Assembly (NCBI GenBank): GCA_047615875.1
Contig: JBLHGU010000002.1
Span: forward strand, 649 to 64,648
DNA length: 64,000 nucleotides
Source of the DNA: Parasphingorhabdus sp.
GTDB lineage: Bacteria > Pseudomonadota > Gammaproteobacteria > Arenicellales > CAJQKF01
Direction: 5' to 3'
Position numbers and translations under genes: made by a program. Under the pieces are notes generated by a model that saw only the letters and a program-made list of their open reading frames with translations, made no database searches and had not been told where the DNA came from. Within the stretch, counting starts at the first letter, position 1. Each line of letters starts with the position of its first letter. This document shows, piece after piece, positions 51,517 through 62,098 of this stretch.

Positions 51517-52635
51517 TTATTCCTCTGAATAAATCATGCTCTCCGGGTTAAATGCTAACCAGGCGAAGGCAAAATGTGACCCCCCGCCCAGCTTCTGCAA
51601 CTTTTTGCCTGCCAACGGGCCAGCAGTTGCTGTCCCATAGCGATTCCAATGACTCATTGTCTGTTCATCTATCAAATTGCCACCTGACCATTGGAAACTC
51701 AACGTCTCATTATCCAAACTTCGACTAAATGCTGTTACGGAAGGAATCAGTCTGGAGGTTGCTATATTTGACTGATCCAAAGCTGATCTTACCTGCTCGA
51801 TGGCCACAACCAAAACCGGTTGGCTGCCAACCTGATCATTAATAACCTGATTTTTTTCCAGACGACTAAAGGGGTAAATTTTGTGCTTACCATCAACACT
51901 TACATTTAGCACCCGTTCCATGGCGGGCAATCTGGGGTCGACCGGGTCGTTGAAGAGAAAGGGACGTTGACCAATTCGGTCATAACCCTGGTAGGGGTTT
52001 CTTCCGTAGGGCCTATTGTGTCCGGTGTCCCGCGACAGAACCCGACCATTTGGAAATGCAGCAGCAAAAGATTCAAATGAGACCACTTCAGCTGGAATTG
52101 TTTTCAACATTGTCCCAGCCATTTCCCCAATAATGGCCCGGCCACTAAATTGCTGCCACCAACTCATGGTCTGCCGATCGTACATAACAAGATCGCTTTT
52201 TCTCAGCAACCCGGTAGTTCCAAAATCCAACAGTTTGTTATCTACCCGTCTATCAAATACTATGGAGGCATTACAAAGTGGGCAAAAAGTAATCGATATG
52301 GGAATTTCACCTATCTGGTCATTAACAATTTCATGATAGGTCATTATCTGTAGCGGATAGGCTCGAACCTGGTCAGCAATTTGCAGAAAAATAACCGGCT
52401 CATTGGCTTCAATCCAGCTTTCTGCCTGACTCACTGAAACAAATTTAGGTTGGTCTACAGGTGGAATCCCATCCTTGGGCGGACCACCAGACTGAATTTC
52501 GTCTAGCTCTACCAACTTATTAGTAAAATCTGTTTCGGGCCACGCCAACTCAAGCCAGGATTCAGCCTGAGCAATATGACTAACTGACAAGAATCCGGCA
52601 AGGAACACTAAAATTATTAGTTTGTGTGCATTCAT
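51517..52635 (-). CDS. DUF3179-family exported protein
   Basis: Signal peptide; SGGPPKDGIP, HEIVND, FCPLC, FGTTGLL, MYDRQT, FAFAW. Confidence 0.85.
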   Translation of the reverse strand: MNAHKLIILVFLAGFLSVSHIAQAESWLELAWPETDFTNKLVELDEIQSGGPPKDGIPPVDQPKFVSVSQAESWIEANEPVIFLQIADQVRAYPLQIMTYHEIVNDQIGEIPISITFCPLCNASIVFDRRVDNKLLDFGTTGLLRKSDLVMYDRQTMSWWQQFSGRAIIGEMAGTMLKTIPAEVVSFESFAAAFPNGRVLSRDTGHNRPYGRNPYQGYDRIGQRPFLFNDPVDPRLPAMERVLNVSVDGKHKIYPFSRLEKNQVINDQVGSQPVLVVAIEQVRSALDQSNIATSRLIPSVTAFSRSLDNETLSFQWSGGNLIDEQTMSHWNRYGTATAGPLAGKKLQKLGGGSHFAFAWLAFNPESMIYSEE

Positions 52636-52787
52636 AATTTCAAATTAGATAGGGATCGTTGTAAGTTGGACTACAGCTTGAAAACATGGTTCATTACTAA
52701 TCTTTCGAAGCCAGCTGTCTTCGTATGGTCAGAACTCACGACACATGGTATAAGCAGGAAAACTTTAGCTTATTGATTCTAATTCCA

Positions 52788-53045
52788 ATGAACTGCGCAA
52801 TTTACAAAGGCCACCGAAAGCCCGATACATTCTTGTTTATAAAAGAAAAAGATAATTTTGAGAATTTGCCAGAGGACATGCTCAAAATGATGGGTGATTT
52901 AACCTTGGTGATTGAATTAGAACTCAATTCTGCACGAAAGCTAGTGCAGGTTAGTGTCGAAGATGTCATGCAACAACTCAAAGATGTCGGATACTTCCTG
53001 CAACTTCCTCCTGGCGACAATCGGCCACACCCGCTGGATACCTGA
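52788..53045 (+). CDS. YcgL-domain protein
   Basis: MNCAIYK..K, RKL, GYFLQLPP. Confidence 0.85.
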   Translation: MNCAIYKGHRKPDTFLFIKEKDNFENLPEDMLKMMGDLTLVIELELNSARKLVQVSVEDVMQQLKDVGYFLQLPPGDNRPHPLDT

Positions 53046-53047
53046 TA

Positions 53048-53425
53048 GTGATAACTAAAATATTGTTTACAATTGTTGTAGTGCTAGTTGTAGCAGTAGT
53101 ATTTCGACATAAAAATACACAACAATCCACCACAAAACGAAAAACGCCAACAAAAACTCTAATCGAAGAACAGACCGGAGTACAACCAAAAACTATTGTC
53201 TACGCAATATTGGGATTAATGATAGTTGTCTCGTTTTTGGTTTTTACATTGCACTGGCAAAGCCAACACCAAATTATAAATATTCAGGTATCAGATTCCA
53301 CAGGTAATACGACCCACTATCAGGCCTATAAGAAATCCATAAAGGGAAGAAAATTTGAGACGCTTGCAGGTATTCAGGTTACGTTGGGGGATAGCGATCG
53401 ACTAGAAATGAACAGCACGGAATAA
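53048..53425 (+). CDS. small two-TM hypothetical protein
   Basis: Two hydrophobic segments; tight operon spacing. Confidence 0.65.
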   Translation: MITKILFTIVVVLVVAVVFRHKNTQQSTTKRKTPTKTLIEEQTGVQPKTIVYAILGLMIVVSFLVFTLHWQSQHQIINIQVSDSTGNTTHYQAYKKSIKGRKFETLAGIQVTLGDSDRLEMNSTE

Positions 53426-53434
53426 ATCTTTCCC

Positions 53435-54031
53435 ATGGTGCCCGGATTTCATCCCAAACTAACTTATGTACTTATTGCCATCTGTGTTCTGGTAGCTGTA
53501 ATTACACGTGCGGGAGATCAGTTCGAGTTACTGCGTCCATTGCTTATAACAAACTTCGTTGATGCCGGACTACCGGAGTTTTTCGAAGGGCAGATCTGGC
53601 GTTTAATTACCCCCATTTTTATACATTTTGGACTTTTACACATCGGGTTAAATATGATCTGGCTGTGGCAGCTAGGTCGACTGATAGAGTATGCAAAAGG
53701 TCCTCTGGTACTTTTAACACTGGTATTTATTACCGGCATCGGTTCCAATATGGCCGAGTTCTATGCCTCTGGACCCCTGTTTGGCGGTATGTCTGGAGTA
53801 ATTTTCGCCTTACTCGGGTACCTTTGGGTGCAAGGAAAATTTAATCCCTTGTTCGCGGTACGTATCAACCCAAAACTGTTCAACATGGTTATGATATGGT
53901 TTGTAGTCTGTTGGTCAGGTGTTCTGGAGATAGTTGGGGTTCATATTGCAAATTGGGCTCATACTACAGGACTACTAACAGGCATTGCAGTAGGTTTTAT
54001 TGCCACAAGATTACAAAGTCATCGCATATAA
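53435..54031 (+). CDS. rhomboid intramembrane serine protease
   Basis: WRLITP, H..LLH..N, GMSG, NWAH. Confidence 0.9.
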   Translation: MVPGFHPKLTYVLIAICVLVAVITRAGDQFELLRPLLITNFVDAGLPEFFEGQIWRLITPIFIHFGLLHIGLNMIWLWQLGRLIEYAKGPLVLLTLVFITGIGSNMAEFYASGPLFGGMSGVIFALLGYLWVQGKFNPLFAVRINPKLFNMVMIWFVVCWSGVLEIVGVHIANWAHTTGLLTGIAVGFIATRLQSHRI

Positions 54032-54110
54032 CCACACAACAACTATTGTGGGAACTAGAGTCGATAAACGGGGGTCAAACCCAGTTGCAACCTGAGATTA
54101 TAAGGAAAAC

Positions 54111-54647
54111 ATGATGAGCACTTACCCGGCTATTAGAATAGTACTATTGATTTTATTGTGGCCAGGACTCGCCTTCTCCGCCGAAGATTATGAAAAATTT
54201 TTCGGTCAATATCACGGCGAAACTATCGATAGTAGCACTGGCAAAGATGTTAAACGAAACCTCGATGTCACAGTAAAGAAAGTAAAAAAAGGCTTTAATG
54301 TTAGCTGGGAAACTACAACTATCAAATCCGATGGGCGCATCAAGACCAAAGCCTATAGCATCAATTTCATTCCAAGCGAAAGAGATCACATTTATTCATC
54401 GGCGATGAAAACCAATTTGTTCGGTGGCCAGCAGGCTCTCGATCCACTAAAGGGCGATCCCTACGTTTGGGCCAGAATTAGCGGTGACACGCTCACCATG
54501 CATGCTTTGGTAATCAATGACGAGGGTGGATTTGAAATGCAAACCTTTGACCGAACATTGGTGGAAGGTGGCTTGAGACTCAATTTCACTCGTATTGGGG
54601 ACGGTCATGAACTCAAGCGAATAGAAACAGAACTTAAGCGCCAATAA
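54111..54647 (+). CDS. exported hypothetical protein
   Basis: Signal peptide; beta-rich mature part. Confidence 0.7.
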   Translation: MMSTYPAIRIVLLILLWPGLAFSAEDYEKFFGQYHGETIDSSTGKDVKRNLDVTVKKVKKGFNVSWETTTIKSDGRIKTKAYSINFIPSERDHIYSSAMKTNLFGGQQALDPLKGDPYVWARISGDTLTMHALVINDEGGFEMQTFDRTLVEGGLRLNFTRIGDGHELKRIETELKRQ

Positions 54648-55139
54648 ATGCATCTAAGAGTTCTGTTCGGCACGCTGTTATTTCTATTTACTTTCACACT
54701 TAAGGCCGGTTCAAGCAATCCAGACAATATAATTGCTGCCGGTTGTTTAATCAAAACCGCAAAAGGCTTTGTGATTGCTGAGAACAGGCTGCTGGGACGA
54801 TTGCAGTTACCTGCGGGGCACCATAAACAAGGTGAAACTGCCCGCCAGACTGCTGAACGAGAGACGCTGGAAGAAACTGGTCTTAAGGTTACGGCTCGGG
54901 ATACAGCATTTTCATTGGACAAGAATCAGGTTATTTTCTATTTTTGCGAATCAAGCATCGACCCACTAAGTATTGCGGAGCTTAAGCCAGAAGATCGAAT
55001 AGAAGTTTCTCGGGCTATGATACTTGATCCAAACACTCTTAAGACACCAGACAATATAACCATAAATATACCCTGGAGATTCCCGGAAACTCTCTGGCTT
55101 CTTAAAGCACTATGGCCGGTTATGAATCATAATAATTAA
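54648..55139 (+). CDS. NUDIX hydrolase with N-terminal signal/anchor
   Basis: PAG....GETARQTAERETLEETGL Nudix box. Confidence 0.85.
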   Translation: MHLRVLFGTLLFLFTFTLKAGSSNPDNIIAAGCLIKTAKGFVIAENRLLGRLQLPAGHHKQGETARQTAERETLEETGLKVTARDTAFSLDKNQVIFYFCESSIDPLSIAELKPEDRIEVSRAMILDPNTLKTPDNITINIPWRFPETLWLLKALWPVMNHNN

Positions 55140-55154
55140 CTGAGTAAACTTGAG

Positions 55155-55919
55155 TTAGCCCATTCTGAAAGCTTTTAGATTCAATCCAAGCTCGATATCA
55201 GTTTTTAAGGTAAGCAAGCGAATAGCCTGATGAGCTGCCGGTATGCCTGCCCTCAATTTAACGCCAATATTTCCTGACATCGTATCCGCCGCGCTGAGAA
55301 TGTTCGGCAAGCTGTTGTAATTGTGAATTAATTTTGCCGCGGTTTTCTTACCTATGCCATGTACACCCGGCACATTTAACGATGTTTCACCAACCAGAGC
55401 CTGCAACAATGCCAATTGTTCGGGCTCAATATCAAATCGATCCTTGACGAATTCCCTGTCCAGATAGCGGTCAGAAAAATGATCGTATACGCGAATACCC
55501 GTCCGTAATACCTGACAGAGACTTTTGTCTGTAGACTGAATGGTTACTTGCCCACCAACCTCGGCAATTTTTACGGCAATGGCCGCAATTACATCGTCTG
55601 CCTCGTAGCCTGGTATTTGTATATTACTTACACCGCGATCGGTAAAGCCTTGCAAAATAGACTCCAACCCATCTTGGAGTGGTTCCGGCATTGGTGGCCG
55701 ATTTTCCTTATATGCAGGAAATTCCAGGTGACGCCAGGAGGGAGGAGGAGAATCCATAACACACACTGCGTGAGTTGGATTTTGACGACGTATGGCCTTG
55801 TTCAAGGAAGCCACACAAGCAGCTGCTACCCCAGACATAGGATCTTCATCCGGTTGCTTAGGCACTCCTGCATAAACCCGGCGAATTAAATTAAGTCCGT
55901 CGACCAAGAGAAAGTTCAA
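55155..55919 (-). CDS. xni: flap endonuclease Xni (ExoIX)
   Basis: DGLNLIRRV, YKENR, YEADD, STDK, PGVHGIGKKTA; stand-alone 5'-nuclease. Confidence 0.85.
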   Translation of the reverse strand: MNFLLVDGLNLIRRVYAGVPKQPDEDPMSGVAAACVASLNKAIRRQNPTHAVCVMDSPPPSWRHLEFPAYKENRPPMPEPLQDGLESILQGFTDRGVSNIQIPGYEADDVIAAIAVKIAEVGGQVTIQSTDKSLCQVLRTGIRVYDHFSDRYLDREFVKDRFDIEPEQLALLQALVGETSLNVPGVHGIGKKTAAKLIHNYNSLPNILSAADTMSGNIGVKLRAGIPAAHQAIRLLTLKTDIELGLNLKAFRMG

Positions 55920-56142
55920 CTACTGCTCCCGAAAACCCAGTTCAGCAGAGTATATACGCTAAGACTATAGTTCGTCTGGCAAAGAGCATAAAACGCAGTG
56001 CAGCATGAATCACGATGATGCGCTTTTTGACAACGAAACTAACTGACAAATCTTCACTAACGGGCAGGTTTTTACTCGCCCACCCTGGAGTACTTCACTA
56101 TCGATTACCTACTCGACTTTCGAATCGAAAATCGAGCAAGCC

Positions 56143-57507
56143 CTAAAGAATATACCTGGAGAGATCTTCGTCCTGTGCCAGCTCACCGAGGGAATCATCA
56201 ACGTAGGTAGCGTCAATATTCACGACGTCACCAGAACGGTCGGCAGCTTCAAAAGAAATAGTTTCTAGTAGCCTTTCCAATACGGTATGTAGGCGTCTGG
56301 CTCCAATATTTTCCGTTGTCTCATTCACTTGCCATGCAACTTCTGCAATTCGTCGCAGGCCATCGTCAGAAAACTCCAAGCTAACTTCTTCTATATCCAT
56401 CAACGCAGCATATTGTTCGGTCAATGATGCATCCGGCTCTTGCAAAATTCTCACAAAATCATCAACACCCAGTGCTTCCAATTCCACTCGAATCGGCAAC
56501 CTGCCCTGTAACTCAGGAATCAGATCTGATGGCTTACAGAGCTGAAATGCACCGGATGCGATAAATAGTACATGATCAGTTTTAATCACACCGTACTTAG
56601 TAGTAACCGTGCAACCTTCTACTAGCGGTAGCAAATCTCGTTGCACACCCTCTCGGGACACTTCTCCACCACTTCGACTACCGTCTCTCTGACTAACAAT
56701 TTTATCTATTTCATCCAAAAATACGATGCCGTCCTGTTCAACCCGTTCCAGAGCCGTCATCTTTATATCGTCGTCATTTACCAGTTTGGCTGCTTCTTCT
56801 TCTGTCAATACTTTAAGTGCCTGTGACACCTTAACCTTGCGGGTCTTCTTTTTCTGATTACCCAGATTCTGAAACATACCCTGCAATTGAGATGTCATTT
56901 CCTCCATTCCCGGAGGTCCCATTATCTCTACACCCATATTCTGAACAGCAACTTCGACCTCAATTTCCTTCTCGTCAAGAGCGCCTTCTCGCAATAACTT
57001 ACGAAAACGCTGTCTGGCCGCACCCTCTTTGGAAGAGGCGTCTGGCTGGCTTCCACTATCAGAATCCCCATTGTTGGCAGCACCTCGAGCAGGAGGTAGT
57101 AATAAGTCGAGCACACGCTCTTCTGCAGCATCTTCAGCGCGAGGCCTAACTTTATCGACCTGCTCTTCCCGGGTCATTTTTATAGCCATTTCAGCAAGAT
57201 CACGAATAATCGAATCTACCTCACGACCAACATAGCCTACCTCGGTAAATTTTGTTGCTTCGACCTTAATAAAAGGTGCTCTGGCCAATTTAGCTAATCG
57301 ACGTGCTATCTCGGTCTTACCAACACCGGTGGGGCCGATCATAAGAATATTTTTTGGTGTTATTTCTTCTCGCAACAGGGGATCAGCTACCTGGGAACGC
57401 CGCCAGCGATTACGCAGCGCGATGGCTACTGCACGCTTAGCAGAAGCCTGACCAATAATGTGTTTGTCGAGTTCTTCGACTATTTCGCGGGGGGTCATTT
57501 CTGACAT
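56143..57507 (-). CDS. hslU: ATP-dependent protease ATPase subunit HslU
   Basis: [12 protein letters not shown] pore loop, DEIDK, NIGARRL. Confidence 0.97.
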   Translation of the reverse strand: MSEMTPREIVEELDKHIIGQASAKRAVAIALRNRWRRSQVADPLLREEITPKNILMIGPTGVGKTEIARRLAKLARAPFIKVEATKFTEVGYVGREVDSIIRDLAEMAIKMTREEQVDKVRPRAEDAAEERVLDLLLPPARGAANNGDSDSGSQPDASSKEGAARQRFRKLLREGALDEKEIEVEVAVQNMGVEIMGPPGMEEMTSQLQGMFQNLGNQKKKTRKVKVSQALKVLTEEEAAKLVNDDDIKMTALERVEQDGIVFLDEIDKIVSQRDGSRSGGEVSREGVQRDLLPLVEGCTVTTKYGVIKTDHVLFIASGAFQLCKPSDLIPELQGRLPIRVELEALGVDDFVRILQEPDASLTEQYAALMDIEEVSLEFSDDGLRRIAEVAWQVNETTENIGARRLHTVLERLLETISFEAADRSGDVVNIDATYVDDSLGELAQDEDLSRYIL

Positions 57508-57510
57508 GGA

Positions 57511-58056
57511 TTAAAGCTCTAGTTCTTCAATGGTGAGGTTATGATTGGTATACACGCAGATATCTGCCGCGATTGAGATACTTTTTTCTACGATTTCACG
57601 GGCGGACAGATCCGTATTAAACAACAGAGCCCGAGCCGCTGCTTTCGCATAGCTGCCACCAGATCCAATGGCCATGATGCCCTCTTCCGGCTCTATTACA
57701 TCGCCGTTACCAGTGATGATCAGCGAAGATTCATGATCCGCCACCACCAATAATGCTTCCAATCTTCTTAACATACGATCAGTGCGCCAATCTTTAGCTA
57801 GCTCAACGGCTCCGCGTACCAAATGACCTTGATGCTTTTCAAGCTTTGCTTCAAATCTTTCAAACAAAGTAAAAGCATCTGCCGTACCACCAGCAAAACC
57901 TGCCAGCACTTTATCTTTATACAAACGTCGAACCTTGCGCACATTACCTTTCATCACGGTATCACCAAGGGATGCCTGGCCATCACCACCTACCACAACG
58001 CTATTACCGCGTCGTATAGATAATATGGTTGTACCGTGAATTACTTCATAGGACAT
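57511..58056 (-). CDS. hslV: ATP-dependent protease peptidase subunit HslV
   Basis: Short propeptide then TTI; GDGQ, GSGG, DICVYTN. Confidence 0.97.
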   Translation of the reverse strand: MSYEVIHGTTILSIRRGNSVVVGGDGQASLGDTVMKGNVRKVRRLYKDKVLAGFAGGTADAFTLFERFEAKLEKHQGHLVRGAVELAKDWRTDRMLRRLEALLVVADHESSLIITGNGDVIEPEEGIMAIGSGGSYAKAAARALLFNTDLSAREIVEKSISIAADICVYTNHNLTIEELEL

Positions 58057-58072
58057 GAAATTTCCTTGTTGA

Positions 58073-58540
58073 TTAAACGAGTTTTAGATTGGGTTTAATG
58101 CGAATCGGCTTAACATTTCCGCCCCCGCTACCATCGGGGTTGCCAGGATCATCCTGACCATCCGTAGAGCTTTCGAAAGATTCATTACCAATTTCACCCT
58201 CTTTCGGCATATCGAAAAATAAGCCCTGACCATTTTCACGAGCATAAATAGCAACCACCGCTTCCATGGGTGCTATAACATTATGAGCTACACCGCTAAA
58301 ACGTGCGGAAAATGAAATTACCTCATTTTCCATATTTAAGTCTCGCACGGCATGATCATGTACATTCAAAATTATGGTTCCGTTTTGAACAAAAGCTGCT
58401 GGTACATTCACACCAGCAACACTCGCTTTAACCATAATTTGCGGCGTAAATCCGCAATCCATACACCACTCCCATATGGCCCTTAGTAAGTAAGGTCGTG
58501 TAGAGGGCAGTTCCGGCTCAATATCACTAGTGTCGGTCAA
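58073..58540 (-). CDS. sspB: ClpXP adaptor SspB
   Basis: [28 protein letters not shown]-terminal PNLKLV. Confidence 0.93.
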   Translation of the reverse strand: MTDTSDIEPELPSTRPYLLRAIWEWCMDCGFTPQIMVKASVAGVNVPAAFVQNGTIILNVHDHAVRDLNMENEVISFSARFSGVAHNVIAPMEAVVAIYARENGQGLFFDMPKEGEIGNESFESSTDGQDDPGNPDGSGGGNVKPIRIKPNLKLV

Positions 58541-58552
58541 TTTAATGAAACC

Positions 58553-59194
58553 TTAAGATTCGGTGCGTCCTTGTAAGCGTATTTCCCGTTCGCTAGCAGT
58601 TAAACTTTGCTGAAATGCCTTGCGGGCAAATAATCTGCCTGCATATTCGATAACCGGTAGCGCAGATTTAGGTAAGCGTACCCCCATTACCGAAAGCCGC
58701 CAGAGTAGCGGTGACATATAAGCATCGGCCAGGCTATAGTCATTACCCATCAACCACTTATGCTGCTTTAATATAGGTGACATGGAGATTAAACCATCTC
58801 TAATCAACTGCTGTTGCTGTTCGGTAATATTTTTATAGCTGGCATTGTTAACGTGAATACTATCAAGCCAATCACGACGAATACGATGAATCATCAATCG
58901 AATTCGTCCACGGCCAGCAGGATCCACGGTCATTAATGGTGGGTATGGCAGGCGCTCATCTAAATACTCAGCTATCAAGCCAACATCATAAAGTGCCAGG
59001 TCCCGATCTAGTAAAGTGGGAGTTTCTGCATAAGGGTTTACTTCACCAAGACTAATAACGTGTTCGGCGCTTTCAGCGGAATAACGAACTTCGCATTCGG
59101 CATCTTTTTCGTGTACTAGGATTCTGCAAATATGGCTATAAATTGAGTCGTCTTCGCTGTATAAAACTAGCCCGCGGCGATTGCTGTTTTGCAT
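58553..59194 (-). CDS. sspA: stringent starvation protein A (GST fold)
   Basis: NPY..TPTLLDRDL, EYLDERLPYPPL, PLLWRL; petC-sspA-sspB synteny. Confidence 0.88.
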   Translation of the reverse strand: MQNSNRRGLVLYSEDDSIYSHICRILVHEKDAECEVRYSAESAEHVISLGEVNPYAETPTLLDRDLALYDVGLIAEYLDERLPYPPLMTVDPAGRGRIRLMIHRIRRDWLDSIHVNNASYKNITEQQQQLIRDGLISMSPILKQHKWLMGNDYSLADAYMSPLLWRLSVMGVRLPKSALPVIEYAGRLFARKAFQQSLTASEREIRLQGRTES

Positions 59195-59319
59195 TCTATT
59201 CTCAGGTGCAACTGGACAAAAGAAATCGCCGACTACTTACAATTAAGTAACCGGCGAGCATATAAGACCTGCACAGGTAAAATCACCGCGCCTTCAGATA
59301 TTGTGAACTACTATTCCCG

Positions 59320-60066
59320 CTAGTGATGGGAATCGCCGTGTATATCCCTCCAATACTCCTTCTTTAGCATATAAGTTAAACCTATAAACAGAAGCAGGAA
59401 GGTCAAAACCCAGAAGCCATACTTGTATCGAACAAGTTTGGCAGGCTCTCCCATATAAACCATAAAATTAGTCAGGTCACGCATTGCGGAATCGTACTCC
59501 ACCGGTGTTAACTGCGCTTCTTTGACTAGTTCAAATCGTTCGAACTTATCATTACCTTTACTATCTTGAGTAAAAATAGCTCGTTGATTACCCTGCCACT
59601 CGTACATGGCATGAGGCATAGCAACGTGGGGAAATACTATGTTATTCCAACCACTGGGTGATTCATCATCCAGGTAGAAGCTACGCATATAGGTGTAAAT
59701 CCAGTCAGGGCCTCGAGAGCGAGAAATCAGACTCAAGTCTGGTGGAGCAGTACCAAACCATTTTTTGGCATCATCCTCAGGCATAGTCGAAGTCATCAGC
59801 TCACCAATTTTATCACCGGCAAACATCAAATCTTTTAGTACGATCTCCTCACTGATGCCTAAATCAGTGACGAGTTTTTCATAACGAAGAAAAGATGCAC
59901 TGTGGCAAGATAAACAAAAATTGACGAATATCTTAGCACCACGCTGCAATGAAGCCTCATCGGTAAGGTCGATTTCAACCTTATCCAGGTTCTGATTGCC
60001 ACCACCTGATGCAAGTGTGCCAACCGGCAGCGCCAACATCATTAGAATTGCTAGAGCTTTTTTCAT
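59320..60066 (-). CDS. petC: cytochrome c1
   Basis: Start MKKALAIL; CLSCH heme motif, PPDLSL, C-terminal TM. Confidence 0.95.
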   Translation of the reverse strand: MKKALAILMMLALPVGTLASGGGNQNLDKVEIDLTDEASLQRGAKIFVNFCLSCHSASFLRYEKLVTDLGISEEIVLKDLMFAGDKIGELMTSTMPEDDAKKWFGTAPPDLSLISRSRGPDWIYTYMRSFYLDDESPSGWNNIVFPHVAMPHAMYEWQGNQRAIFTQDSKGNDKFERFELVKEAQLTPVEYDSAMRDLTNFMVYMGEPAKLVRYKYGFWVLTFLLLFIGLTYMLKKEYWRDIHGDSHH

Positions 60067-61316
60067 TAGCTTGTCACCCTTTCTGGCTCGGGTTTCACCG
60101 GATCTAAACGTGTATAGATCGGCATCAGGAAAAAGAACAAAAAGTATAGAATCATACAAATTTGCGCCCAGTACACATTTTTAAACCAGAACAGATCTAT
60201 GCGAGTTGGGTTCTTTGTTCCGAGATAACCCAGAATGAAGAATGACACAAGGAAAATACCTACCGCAGTCTTGAACATCCAACCTCTGTAGCGGATAGAC
60301 TTAACCTTAGCTCGATCCAACCATGGTAGCAAGAACATCACCATCAGAGACAGGCCCATGGCCATAACACCCCATAATTTTGCGCCACCTGGCAACCACT
60401 CCCAGGTAACTGCACGCAAAATAGAATAATAGGGCGTGAAATACCAAAGCGGCACGATATCCGGTGGGGTCTGCAAAATATTAGCCGGCGTAAAGTTGTC
60501 TTTTTCAAGAAACCAGCCGCCCAGTTCTGGCTGGTAGAAAACCACCCAGAAAAACAAAAACAAAAACACGCTAACACCAAACAGATCCTTAACTGTGTAG
60601 TAAGGATGAAAGGGGATGCCGTCCAATGGCTTGCCGTCGGCGTCTTTGTTCTTTTTAATTTCCACACCATCGGGGTTGTTCGAGCCAACCTTATGTAATG
60701 CTACGATGTGCAAATACACCAACAGAGCAAGAAGCAGAGGAAGCAAGATGACATGGAATGCAAAAAATCGATTCAGCGTGGCATCTGAAACCACAAAATC
60801 GCCACGGATCCATTCCGAAAGACCTTCACCCACTACCGGTATCGCACCAAATAGCGAGATGATCACCTGTGCGCCCCAATAGGACATATTACCCCAGGGC
60901 AGCAGATAACCCATGAATGCCTCAGCCATTAGTGCAATAAATAGCACCATGCCGATGATCCAGACCAGTTCACGGGGACCTTTATAAGAGCCGTAAATTA
61001 GACCACGAAACATATGTAAATAGATGACCACGAAAAACAACGAGGCACCGGTTGAATGCATATAACGTATAAACCAGCCCCAGGGCACATCACGCATGAT
61101 GTATTCGACAGATGCAAAAGCCAACTGCGAATCTGGTTTGTAATGCATAGTCAGAAAAATACCAGTAACTATTTGAACTACCAGCATTAATATGGCCAGC
61201 GAACCCATGTAGTACCAGAAATTAAAATTCTTGGGGGCATAGTATTGCGCCATATGCTCCGTCCACACTTTGGTAGCCGGAAAGCGATCATCTACCCAAT
61301 CCATAAACTTGGACAT
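60066..61316 (-). CDS. petB: cytochrome b
   Basis: RYMHSTGAS, LPWGNMSYWG, RFFAFH, P.WYF. Confidence 0.97.
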   Translation of the reverse strand: MSKFMDWVDDRFPATKVWTEHMAQYYAPKNFNFWYYMGSLAILMLVVQIVTGIFLTMHYKPDSQLAFASVEYIMRDVPWGWFIRYMHSTGASLFFVVIYLHMFRGLIYGSYKGPRELVWIIGMVLFIALMAEAFMGYLLPWGNMSYWGAQVIISLFGAIPVVGEGLSEWIRGDFVVSDATLNRFFAFHVILLPLLLALLVYLHIVALHKVGSNNPDGVEIKKNKDADGKPLDGIPFHPYYTVKDLFGVSVFLFLFFWVVFYQPELGGWFLEKDNFTPANILQTPPDIVPLWYFTPYYSILRAVTWEWLPGGAKLWGVMAMGLSLMVMFLLPWLDRAKVKSIRYRGWMFKTAVGIFLVSFFILGYLGTKNPTRIDLFWFKNVYWAQICMILYFLFFFLMPIYTRLDPVKPEPERVTS

Positions 61317-61318
61317 TA

Positions 61319-61915
61319 TCAAGCCTCCACAGGATCGACGCCAACCATAATTCGGCTGTCGCTTAAGAAAGAGTAAGGTGGCACCACAAGATTGGTTGGT
61401 GCGGGCACACTACGAAACACCCGGCCAGCCAGATCAAATTTGGAACCATGGCAGGGACAAAAGAACCCACCCAGCCAATCGTCACTCACACCTGATGCTG
61501 AGCCTAACTCAAACTTCTTGGTTGGTGCGCAACCTAAATGGGTGCAAATGCCGACTACAACCAAAATCTCCGGTCGAATCGAACGGTGAGAATTTGTTGC
61601 GTAAGCAGGCTGTTGTAGTTCTACCGACTCAGGATCTGCTACCTGCTCGGTAAGCGTAGACAAGTCATCCAGCATTTTCTGGGTTCTATTTAATATCCAG
61701 ACTGGCTTGCCGCGCCACTCAATGGTCAATAATTGACCCGACTCGAGCTTACTGATATCTACTTCAACCGGCGCACCCGCAGCCTTGGCTCGGTCACTAG
61801 GTGTCATGCTGGAAACAAACGGTACAACGGCCACAGCCGCGCCGGCCACTCCAACAGTGGTTGTTAAAGAAGTCAGAAAACGTCGGCGACCACCATTTAC
61901 AGTATCGTCGCTCAT
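61319..61915 (-). CDS. petA: ubiquinol-cytochrome c reductase Rieske subunit
   Basis: RRRFL Tat motif, CTHLGC, CPCHGS. Confidence 0.97.
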   Translation of the reverse strand: MSDDTVNGGRRRFLTSLTTTVGVAGAAVAVVPFVSSMTPSDRAKAAGAPVEVDISKLESGQLLTIEWRGKPVWILNRTQKMLDDLSTLTEQVADPESVELQQPAYATNSHRSIRPEILVVVGICTHLGCAPTKKFELGSASGVSDDWLGGFFCPCHGSKFDLAGRVFRSVPAPTNLVVPPYSFLSDSRIMVGVDPVEA

Positions 61916-62098
61916 GGATTCCTCACAGAAAATAATTAGGGGAAAATATTCATGGTCGGCGGCTCAAAGTTCGCGCCGACCACATGAAAAGTGCAAAGCC
62001 GCGCGATTATAACAAATCAGTAATAGAAATTGGCAGCGAACTTTCCATCAAAAGCGATAAGTATTGTCCCTTCTCCACAAAATAGAGAATTTTTACGA

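Noticed and set aside
51517-52635. Selenoprotein recoding in DUF3179 (and in msrA)
   Set aside because: Both use ordinary Cys codons (FCPLC, GCFWG) in uninterrupted frames.
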